This document shows positions 53,588-64,000 of a stretch of 64,000 nt of DNA, piece by piece. Position 1 is the stretch's first letter. Each line of letters starts with the position of its first letter. The notes under the pieces were generated by a model. That model saw only the letters and a program-made list of their open reading frames with translations, was not told where the DNA came from and did no database searches. Origin of the DNA: Octopus vulgaris (Eukaryota); NCBI GenBank assembly GCA_951406725.2, contig OX597814.1:122450001-122514000 (forward strand), written 5' to 3'. The position numbers and the translations under genes are program-made.

Positions 53588-54117
53588 CTGTTGTGTCTGG
53601 GGAGAGTCATTTTATTTTTGTAACTTATAATGTAACACACTCACCGGTAAAATTTCAACTTATTTCTAATTTTTATTTTTCTAAAATTTTCGTTGCGTCT
53701 TGCAACCTTTTCAATAGTCTAAGAAATAAGTGGACATTTTACTTTCTGAGTTCAGATTCTTTTGGATCAAATTTCTCTTTCGACCTAATACTACTTTTAA
53801 AAAATTAAACTGTAAATACTCTGTTGTGTCTGGGTAGAGTCATTTTCTTTTTGTGCCTTATAATGTAGCACAAGCACCGGTAAAATTTCCACTTATATCT
53901 TAGACTATTGAAAAGGTTGCAAGACGCAACGAAAATTTTAGGAAAATAAAAATAATAAATAATTGGAAATTTTACCGGTGAGTGTGTTACATTATACGGC
54001 ACAAAAAAGAAAATGACTCTCCCCAGACAGACACAACATAGTTACAGTTTAATTTTACTAAAGTAGTACTAGGTCGGAAGACAAATTTGATCCAAAAGAA
54101 TCTAAACTCAGAAAGTA
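53588..54117. repeat. Complex nested inverted duplication A-B-a-A'-B'
   Basis: A 53588-53734 inverted at 53888-54030; B 53740-53815 inverted at 54042-54117; partial A at 53821-53895. Confidence 0.85.
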
Positions 54118-55217
54118 ATGGCTGCCGCAGCATATATTCAAATATTGTTTTACTAAGTCTTTCATCTCATCATCCCTTAAATAATATTTAGCGCGTTGTC
54201 ATATTATATCTTTTATGTCTTTTACCTCATTGTTCTTTGAAGATATTTGGTCAGGTTCTTTAATGTTTCTTTCAGTACATCAAGATGTTTAAGCATACCT
54301 AGTTTAGTATCTCACAGTTTCTTTACTTTTATTTCATCCCATCACCCTTTAAATAGTCATTACATATTAAATTAGACGAGAAAATGAAACAAAAAATATA
54401 ATGTCCAAAATCTAAGTGTTCTTCCAGGACATTCCTGTCTGACACAAAAGAATAGATTAAAGGCAATACACAAAAATACGATAATTGATTTTTAGATTAT
54501 ATTTCTTTGTAGGTCTGGCTAAACAAGAACTCAACGGTATATATGTTGACATTTTGATTTTAAAAACAGTGTATTCGTAGATCTTTATGGTCTCTTTCAA
54601 ATATGTCATGTATATCGAGACAAGTAGTTTGTTATAAACAAACGGAAATATATGTTATATAGGATATTAATCCTGTAGAGAAAGGCAACTTTGTTAAGAA
54701 AGTTTAGATATATCAAATAAAAGGTGGGGCGACGCCATTAATCTAACTAGGTTCACCTATCATTTAATCTTTCCCCTTTATTTATCGTCTGTTTTGAAAT
54801 AATGCTACTTAATTTTAAGGGAGGGGAGAGTACTTTAGTCATGAAGACATAGTTATGCAATGTTATTATTAAGTTTTACTATCCTCCATATATTTATTAC
54901 AATAGCACCAAATAGTGATGGGGGTGTGATGGGACATACTACCAGACGAATGGAGGTGGTAGGTTATCACACTGCTGGGTAGCAAGGCCTAACACGAACC
55001 CGGTAAAACCACCACCACTACCACCCAAATCTAATATATGTGACTTGGCATGAAGCTCTAGGCCCTTGAGTCACTTTTGTGATATTTCCTGCACATAAAA
55101 TATTTCAAATATTCTGCTTTAAGTGTTCTCATTCTTTCGTCTGTTTATAAAACCAAGCATATATGTATAAATATGCATGTCTGTTAAGTACGCTTAAATA
55201 AATAGCATATATACATG

Positions 55218-55271
<54 letters not shown>

Positions 55272-55311
55272 CATATACATATATGTATATGTATGTATAT
55301 GTATATATATG

Positions 55312-55343
<32 letters not shown>

Positions 55344-55373
55344 TATATATACATATATATACATATATATATA

Positions 55374-55437
<64 letters not shown>

Positions 55438-55438
<1 letters not shown>

Positions 55439-55675
55439 GGAGGCGCATGGCTTAGTGTGGAGGCGCATGTTGAACTCATGATCGTAAGGTTGTGGTTTCG
55501 ATTCCTGGATCGGGCGATGCGTTGTGTTCTTGAGCAAAACACTTCATTTCCAGTCCACTCATCTGGCAAAAATGAGTAATCCTGCGACGGACTGGCGTCC
55601 CGTCCAGGTGGGGAATTTCTACGCCACTGAAACCGGAAAACCAACACTTATAAGCCTACCATGGCTCGAGAAGGA
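55438..55675 (+). mobile_element. SINE family D (related copies near 45040-45290 and 56080-56390)
   Basis: tRNA-like head ggaggcgcatggcttagtg..ggtttcgattcc; the first 13 nt are duplicated. Confidence 0.75.
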
Positions 55676-55734
<59 letters not shown>

Positions 55735-55844
55735 TACTTACATAACCACATGTAGCAGAAACACGCATGTGTGAATATGTATGTCTATATAGATATATTA
55801 CTTTACATAACCACATGCAGCAGTCACACATATGTGTATACATG

Positions 55845-55915
<71 letters not shown>

Positions 55916-57621
55916 TGACGTAAATAGGAGCGTAAATATAACGTACGAAGCACAACTACGCTAAACAGAACACACGACACATTGGGTGTCAATTGTGAAT
56001 ATAGAAAGTTCAGTACCTCACATTAGGTGATAGATTTCTCTTAGGCCGGCGTCCACAAACTTTGTATTTGTTTAGATTCGAACTGTGAAGTTTACGGGTA
56101 TTCAGCTCACGATCTTACGAGAGTCAGTTCGATTCCTGGCGGTGAGTTGTGTAGTTGAGCAAGACACTTTATTTCACGTTGATCCAGTCTACCTACCTGG
56201 GAAAATGAATTGTACCTGTATTTCAAAAGACCAGACTTGTCAAACTGTGTCACGCTGAATCTCGCTGAGAACTACGTTACGGGTCTGCATCCGTGGAGTC
56301 ACAGCCACTTGCATCTTAATTTCGCAAGCAGGCTGTTCTGTTGATCGGATCAAACGGAACACCTTTTGTCATAACCGACAGTGTGCCAGTTAGTGATGCT
56401 GCGTACTGTATTGTTGCTTGGTTTTTACACGATCTAATATTTCTAGATATTTCTACATGAAGAATGTGATTTTCTTGAGTGTTAGATTGGGGATCACCGT
56501 ATGTGAATTTCTTGGACGACAATCTATGTAAAAATAAGTGTGTCTGGTAATTAGAAGAAAAATAATTAAAAGAAAGATCGTAGAAACAATTACAACATGG
56601 AACTGTTGCAGATCATTACATCGAACACCACAAAATAAAATTAGGTAGGAAAATAAAAGAGGAAAATACATATATATCTCATAAAATTCCACAAAAAAAT
56701 AGAAATTTAATTATAGAAGTCATACTTATAATGTTATATAATACCAGATTCAACACGGAAAGACTCACATCGAAAGGTTACTGATGTGAAAATAAACCTA
56801 ATCTAACTGTGAAAATTAGACCGCACTGCACAAATCACGTGACTGTTGATGTATGAGCCTAAGAATCCAAAAAACCTTTGGCGGGTAAGTCTACACGAAT
56901 TGAATTAGGTTTTAAGAAATAACACAAACTTCAAATATATTCAGTTGTTAACAATGAGGCTGTGAAGGTCTAAAAACGTTGAATATGAATTTCAGAATAC
57001 TTCTCTTCCAAACCAACAGTAAAAATTATGATAGGAATACCTGAAATATATAAAATAAAAAAGAAAATACTTAAACATAGTCGTGTATTTTTCGTGTATT
57101 TTTAGGAAACACGTATATAATCATATGCACAAAGACACGCTCTCACACACATACACTCACTTACACACAGGCGCGCGGGCGTATACGTATGTATGGATGG
57201 AAGGATAGATAGATAGATGTATAAATGGGTTTTATTTCATGAAAACACAAAGTTCTTTAGCTACAAACAGCTTACGGCAATCCCAGCCTGATATATAGAA
57301 TTCGAAACTTTATGTACTAATAAGCCTTAATTTACAAGCAAACAGTTCAATAGGTGTACAATACACATACACACATACGCGCGTCTCCCCCCCCCACACA
57401 CACACACATAACTATTCATTTCCATGAAAAGAATTTACCACAAAAATACACAATTAAATCACACCTACATTACAACCATTATCTCCACGCATAATGCAAA
57501 GCAAATATCTTGAAAACAAAAGCAAAAAACAACATTAAGGAAGCGAAGGAAGACAAAAGCCATTATAAAATCTTTTACATATAACAGATATATGCGCATC
57601 TGCGCGTTTGCGTATGAATAT

Positions 57622-57681
<60 letters not shown>

Positions 57682-57765
57682 GTATATATATATGTATATA
57701 TATGTGTATATATATGTATATATACATACATACATACATATATATATATATGTATATATATATAT

Positions 57766-57991
57766 TCTTTTATTCTTTTACTTGTTTCAGTCATTTGACT
57801 GTGGCCATGCTGGAGCACCGCCTTCATTCGAGAGAATCGACCCCAGGATTTATTCTTTGTAAGCCTAGTACTTATTACTTATTCTAACGGTTACTTTCGC
57901 CGACCCGCTAAGTTACGGGGGCGTAAACACACCAGCGTCAGTCGTCAAGTGATGTTGAAGAGATAAGCACAGACACATAAACATGTATACA

Positions 57992-58059
<68 letters not shown>

Positions 58060-58195
58060 TACGACGAGTTCCTTTCATTTTCCGTCTACCAAATTCACTC
58101 ACAAGGATTTGGTTCACCCGAGGCAATAGTAGAAGACACTTGCCCAAGGTGTCACGCAGTGGGACTGAACCCGGAAGCATGCGGCTGGTAAGCAA
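57766..58195 (-). mobile_element. SINE family B
   Basis: Reverse complement of family B. Confidence 0.88.
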
Positions 58196-58415
58196 TGCAC
58201 ACATACATACAAACATAGGCTGAATGTCAAATACATTCAAAACTCAGTGCCAACACACAGTAGCTCTTCTACCCACGATACATATGCTGTCTTCTACTTT
58301 AAACAAACAACTCAACCTCCATTAATACACATAACCACTGCCTCCGTTTGCTTCAGATTATTCACTTATTAACATCCTTATAACTTCAACTTGATCTATA
58401 ATATTAGGAGCTTAT

Positions 58416-58814
58416 AAGGCGGCGAGCTGGCAGACACATTAGCACGCCGGGGGAAATGCTTAGCAGTATTTCGTCTGCCGCTACGTTCTGAGTTCAAATT
58501 CCGCCGATATCGACTTTACCTTTCATCCTTCCGGGGTCGATAAATTAAGTACCAGTTACGCACTGGGGTCGATGTAATCGACTTAATCCGTTTGTCTGTC
58601 CTTGTTTGTCCACTCTATGTTTAGCCCTTTGCGGGTAGTAAAGAAATAGGTATTTCGTCTGTCTTTACATTCTGAATTCAAATTCCGCCTATGTCGACTC
58701 TGCGTTTCATCCTTTCGGGGTCGATAAATTAAGTACTAGTTGCGTAATGGGGTCGATCTAATCGACTGGCCCGCCTCCCAAAAAATTTCGGGCTTTGTGC
58801 CTAGATTAGAAAAG
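58416..58814 (+). mobile_element. SINE family A dimer
   Basis: Same monomer junction as 52358; 14-bp target-site duplication aatattaggagctt at 58400-58413 and 58815-58828. Confidence 0.92.
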
Positions 58815-59019
58815 AATATTAGGAGCTTTATTCACAAATAAACTGTTTTTGCCACAAACTTTTATCACTCCGCAATTGTTTTCTCACAAACACGCACATG
58901 TACAAACGTACACACATGCATCTCACACATACATGACTTCTCACATGCATATCTTCATACCCATAGATCTATTCACCTCTGTATTCCTGAATGACTAATT
59001 AAAATTATCAGTCTTCTTC

Positions 59020-59176
59020 AGAGCTATGTGGTTGAGAAGCTTTCTTCCTAGCAACGTGGTTTGGGTCCAGTTCCACCGAACAGCATCTCGAGCAAATGTC
59101 TTCCATTACAGACCCGAGTGGCCAACACTTTCTCGGTCGCTTTTGTTGACAGAAACTGAAAGGCCCCCGCCGTCTA

Positions 59177-59239
<63 letters not shown>

Positions 59240-59465
59240 GAGTGCGTATGTATCTATCCTGTGTTTGTGGTTGTCCCTCACAAGTGCTTGACAACCGGTG
59301 TGATTTGGTTCTCATGCTGGTAATGGAACAGTGCGGCAATAGGGAACGCTATAATAAGTACCGGGTTTAAACATTAAGTCCTTGGGTGGATTTTGTTTTC
59401 CACGGAAACGCTTCAAGGAGATGCCCCAGCATGGCCGCAATCTAGTGGCTAAAAAACGTAAAACA
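59020..59465 (+). mobile_element. Old SINE family B copy
   Basis: Diverged head-to-tail match. Confidence 0.75.
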
Positions 59466-59474
59466 TAAAACTCT

Positions 59475-59697
59475 TTACTCTTTTACTTTTTTAATTGTTT
59501 CAGTCATGTGACTGTGGCCATGGTGGAGCACCGCCGTTAGTCGAGCAAATTGACCCCAGGACTTATTCTTTGTAAGCCTAGTACTTATTCTATCGGTCTC
59601 TTTTGCCGAACCGCTAAGTTACGGGGATGTAAACACACCAGCATCGGTTGTCAAGCGATGTTGGGGGACAAACATAGACACACAAACATACCCCCCC

Positions 59698-59746
<49 letters not shown>

Positions 59747-59896
59747 TATGATGGGCTTCTTTCACTTTCCGTCTACCAAATCCACTCACAAGGCTTTGGT
59801 CCACCCGAGGCTATAGTAGAAGACACTTGCCCAAGGTGTCACGCAGTGGGACTGAACCCGGAACCATGTGGTTGGTAAGCAAGCTACTTACCACAC
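59475..59896 (-). mobile_element. SINE family B, tail-to-tail with the previous copy
   Basis: Near-complete reverse complement of family B. Confidence 0.92.
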
Positions 59897-60475
59897 GCAT
59901 CAATAATGAGGCAACGTTGGATCATCTCTCTACACAACCAGCTTCGTCAAACACAGCTGGAAAATATACATAGGAACATTACTTCTAAGATCGAAGTCAC
60001 AAGATGATGTTGGGTTATGTTTTTTATTGTTTGGTGGGTTTTCTAATAGTGTATATACAGAACGTTTTGGTATGTTGATAAAGGTTTTCGAGTAAGGTAA
60101 AAACACGTGAAGTAGAAATAATCTGCTGTATCTAGTCTGTCGGCAGACGTCAAGTACTAAAGCAATTATACATGATGATGCAGACGATACAATAGAGACA
60201 TTTTTCTGACGATTTAGTATATTCCTAAATGTACATTGGTTGCCTCCAGCGTCACCATCGTATGAAGGGAATGCTGTAAACACATCCATATTTATCTTAG
60301 CTTTGATATGTATACTTGGGTTTTTGTATGTGTGTGTAGAGAGAGAGAGAGATAGACAAACAGACAAACAGGCAGACAAAGACAGACAGAGACATTATAG
60401 ACGGATATATAACAGTGGTTGTGTTTTTGTACTTTTTTCATGAGAGTAATGTGTGTATATCTGTATGTATGTATG

Positions 60476-61725
60476 TCATTGTTCAGTTTTATTTCAAGAT
60501 CAGTTTTATTTCAAGATTTCTTGCCAATACAGATTGAAGGCTCCTTCAATGGAATTTCAACATCAACATCAGGGTATTTTTGTTTGTGTGTACGTCATTT
60601 TTCAGTTTTATTTCAAGATTTCTTGCCAATAGAGAAAGAGCCAGGTTCTAACCAAGACCCAAGGCTCCTTCATTGGAATTTCAATATCAACAACAGGGTA
60701 TTTTTGTTTGTCAGTATGTATGCATGTATGTATATAGGTATGTATATGTGCAGATATGGATTTTTTGCTTTATGTATGTATTCTCATACATATAGTTACT
60801 TATCTAGACATGCTCATATATATTTAAATGATAAACTTCTGGAAAGTTTTACAGACTTTTACAGTTCCACTGGTGGATTGGATCTGTAGTCTTCGAATTA
60901 ACTTTTTCCTTTCTAGTTTTGAGAAGCCTAATTTCTCAAGATTGAACTTGTAATCTAGATAGAGTAACTACATATGTCTTAATAGTTCAGCATAGGTGTT
61001 CTAGTTTTCACTGATCTTCAGCTTTATGTTAACATCCGCTGGGCAGCTAATTTCCACCACTGTGCACAGTTAATCTCTATCCCAAATCATTATATCAGGT
61101 CTGTTGTGCTTACATTTTATTGAGGTCGTCACTGGTACATTCCACCTGTATGCCTTTTTATTATGAGTGACTACAGTCTCTACCATACTGTGGGTTCTTA
61201 TTTATTTATCCTCGGGATTATTCTTCCGATGGATTTCATTATAGAGTGACCTAGCTTCGTCATGTCTCCTCGATAGATAGTACCGTGATGACATTTTCGG
61301 ACAACTGCTTATGATGTAGATGATATCTTTAGTGTGAACTCCACAAAGTCTGCATCGATTGTCATACTTTACGGCTTTACCTGCATCTCTATCCCTTTTC
61401 TGCATCAGGTACTCGGTTGATATTTCCTGTTCCTGGATTGCAAACGCATACTCTTCAAAATGGGAGTTAGTAATCCGGCTATTCGTCCATGATAAACTGC
61501 TTTGATGATCGATGTTACAATATCACGGGGCTTTCAACTAACATATCCATGCATAGTCTTCTGCTCATACAGGATCATCCTTTCATCTGATAATACATTG
61601 CGGTAGAGCCGTGTGACTGCTTATGACATGTATTCTAGGTTATCAGACAAAGAGCGTTGCTCAAAGAGCTACCTTCCAAGTCATATGATGTTATCAGCCT
61701 CATGTATGCAAACTTGGTCAAGGCA
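60476..61725 (-). mobile_element. 5'-truncated REL-endonuclease non-LTR retrotransposon (second family) in (TACA)n
   Basis: CRLCGVHTKDIIYIISSC..RRHD; KHNRPDIMIWD..VVEISCPAD; ORF end RKKLIRRLQIQSTSGTVKVCKTFQKFII*; 3' UTR with AATAAA; (TATG)n at both ends. Confidence 0.88.
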
Positions 61726-61762
61726 GTATGTATGTATGTTTGTATGTATGTATGTATGTATG

Positions 61763-61796
<34 letters not shown>

Positions 61797-62543
61797 TGTA
61801 TGTATGCACGTATTTATGTATGTATGTATGTATGTATGTATGTATGCATGCATGTATGTATGTATGTATGTATGTTCTAGTTTTTGAAATCTTCTTATAA
61901 AGAATGATGTGTTTTATAACAAAGATACAATGTTCTATCGCTGGAATGTAGATAACACATCTGTGTTACAGTTTAAACTTGAGAAAGGTCTTGCATATTT
62001 TCACTGTTCCGCTTACAGATTGTATTTGTAATGTGCGAGTTGGCTGTGATTTCTTTTTCTGAAAACTCTAGCTAATCCACATTATTATTCAAGAATGTAC
62101 TCCGAAAACCAAGTGCAGTAATTATTAATTGTATAAGTGTGAACTGGCAAATTGCGTATAGAAGCTGATGGTTTCGATGCTGTCCGTAAATATTCTTCTT
62201 TCCTCATCAGCACGACAACTACGTATGAGTGTATATTTGTAAGTATGTATGTATATACGTATGTATGTATTATCATGTAGTGTGTGTATGATGTATATAT
62301 GTATGCATTTGTGGACTCACGTGTGTATGTAATGCATATTTTATGTGTATATGTGTGGTATGTTTGTTTTTGTATATATACATATTGTGTATACGTACGT
62401 GTATTGAGGAGATGAATATATATAACTTTTCAGTATAAATGTGGACATAAACAGATATACGTCTGCATGTATATATTTTAAATATGTGCGTTTATGTCAT
62501 GTATATATGTATATATATATATACATATATATATATGATTGTA

Positions 62544-62603
<60 letters not shown>

Positions 62604-62982
62604 TATATGATTGTACCTATATATATATATATGTATGTGTATGTGTGTAAAGGTGTTTGTGTATGTTTGTGAGTGTATATGTTTACAGGACTGTGCGTCT
62701 GTATTGCCTATAGAAGCCGTGCACTTGGAATATAAGCATACAACGATATAAACAAACAATGTATTTACACCAAATTTCATGAAAGAAGCAAGTCTTTTAT
62801 TCTATTATATTAATTTGCGGTCATTTTTTGAGAAATCGAAAGTAAACTGTGTGGTACGTTGAGCAATTTATTCCGTGATTTGTAGTCATTCACCATCAGT
62901 GTGTTTTCATGTGCTTGATAGATTGGTGGAGAATACTATAAGAATATAATTACTTTCATTAGTACAGAATATATACGTGTCA

Positions 62983-63049
62983 TCCTCGGTAGTGGTAAGT
63001 ATCCCCGCCCCTCACGCGGGAGACCGGGGTTCGATTCCCCGCCCGGGAG
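62983..63049 (+). pseudogene. tRNA-Asp-derived gene/pseudogene with CTC anticodon and 5-nt D-arm deletion
   Basis: TCCTCGG[TAGTA missing]TAGTGGTAAGTATC CCCGC CCCTCAC GCGGG AGAC CGGGG TTCGATT CCCCG CCCGGGA G; body matches eukaryotic tRNA-Asp(GTC); TTTT at 63059-62. Confidence 0.88.
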
Positions 63050-63063
63050 GCATGTATATTTTA

Positions 63064-63475
63064 TAGGCGCAGGAATGGCTGTGTGCTAAGTAGCTTGCTT
63101 ACCAACCACATGGTTCTGGGTCCAGTCCCACAGCGTGGTACCATGGGCAAGTGTCTTCTACTATAGCCTCGAGTCGACCAAAGCCTTGTGAGTGGATTTG
63201 GCAGACGGAAACTGAAATAAGCCCGTCGTATATATGTATATGTATATATATATGTATGTGTGTGTATGTGTTGGTGTGTCTGTGTTTGTCTCCCCAACAT
63301 CGCTTGACAACCGATTTTGGTGTGTTTACGTCCCCGTAACTTAGCGGTTCGGCAAAAGAGACCGATAGAATAAGTACTAGGCTTACAAAGAATAAGTCCT
63401 GGGGTCGATTTGTTCGATTAAAGGCGCTGCTTCAGCATGGCTACAGTCACGTGACTGAAACAAGTAAAAGAGAGA
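63064..63475 (+). mobile_element. SINE family B, near full length
   Basis: aggcgcaggaatggctgtgtg ... gactgaaacaagtaaaagag. Confidence 0.93.
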
Positions 63476-63758
63476 AAGATAGTAGAATAGTTTTATATAG
63501 TAAATAATCAAGCCGCCAATTATTGAAGTCGTTACAGCGTCATATTCATTGCTTTACGGTAATCGTTCCTCATTTCTGCACTCCAATATCAGGTTTTCCT
63601 AGGTTAGCGTTTCAACATTTTAGAGACAATGAATGAAGCACCAGGTATGTATAGAGTTGACTATTCTCTTTTTCTCTCTTTTTTTATTTATTCTTTTTTT
63701 TTTTTCGTAACTTTCTCCCTTTTGGTCCTTCCATCTGGAAAACATTGTTTGTTTTAAG

Positions 63759-63849
63759 ACCGGGAGAGATGATGCATGCCAGTTTTATAAATGTCGAAGA
63801 CACGTTGTATGACACGATTGCAGAACTACGACACCTACAGGGCTTAGAG
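63759..63849 (+). CDS. Candidate internal coding exon (R)PGEMMHASFINVEDTLYDTIAELRHLQGLE, protein not recognised
   Basis: Long pyrimidine-rich upstream region, ttttaag acceptor, GAG|GTAAT donor; 91 nt, phase 2 to 0; non-repetitive protein-like translation. Confidence 0.55.
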
Positions 63850-64000
63850 GTAATAGGTTTTCAAAGGAAACACAGTGCTTATAACATTGTGCAAGCGATT
63901 TGGAAGGGAAGAAGAAACCTTGGATTACAAACGTCAACTGAGGCTCTCCCTACAAAGTTGTTGGCCCTATTCTTGCATTAGAAATAACTTCTATTGATTT

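Noticed and set aside
54300-55020. Possible decayed PLE RT/endonuclease on the minus strand (also LINE-like stretches at 20760-21500 and 51260-51830)
   Set aside because: Only isolated 3-5 residue resemblances; cannot be supported without a profile search
60625-60685. Hammerhead-like CCAATGA...GAACC on the minus strand in the retrotransposon 3' UTR
   Set aside because: Catalytic G5 and the GAAA are altered and the stems are unconvincing

Overview
AT-rich, microsatellite-saturated eukaryotic DNA. The SINE families and repeat landscape resemble a coleoid cephalopod (octopus-like) genome; this is an inference. Almost all ORFs in the supplied track are simple-repeat artefacts. Real content: (1) many tRNA-derived SINEs from at least four families; (2) decayed restriction-endonuclease-like (R4/Dong-type) non-LTR retrotransposons sitting in (TAA)n or (TACA)n tracts; (3) Tc1/mariner relics and MITEs; (4) a tRNA-Asp pseudogene with a CTC anticodon; (5) candidate exons of one + strand host gene with two phase-compatible alternative first coding exons; (6) about 14 hammerhead-ribozyme motifs from several unrelated Penelope-like/retrozyme elements, each next to (TA)n-type tracts. 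The best candidate for an undescribed system is a hammerhead whose three strands occur in a non-circularly permuted (pseudoknotted) order. It is present in two diverged copies (7810-7884 + and 18389-18459 -) with three compensatory double substitutions in stem I. A young 492-bp tandem hammerhead array (retrozyme-like) and a ~700-bp fold-back carrying one intact and one mutated ribozyme are also notable. All pairings were read by eye; no folding or database search was run.
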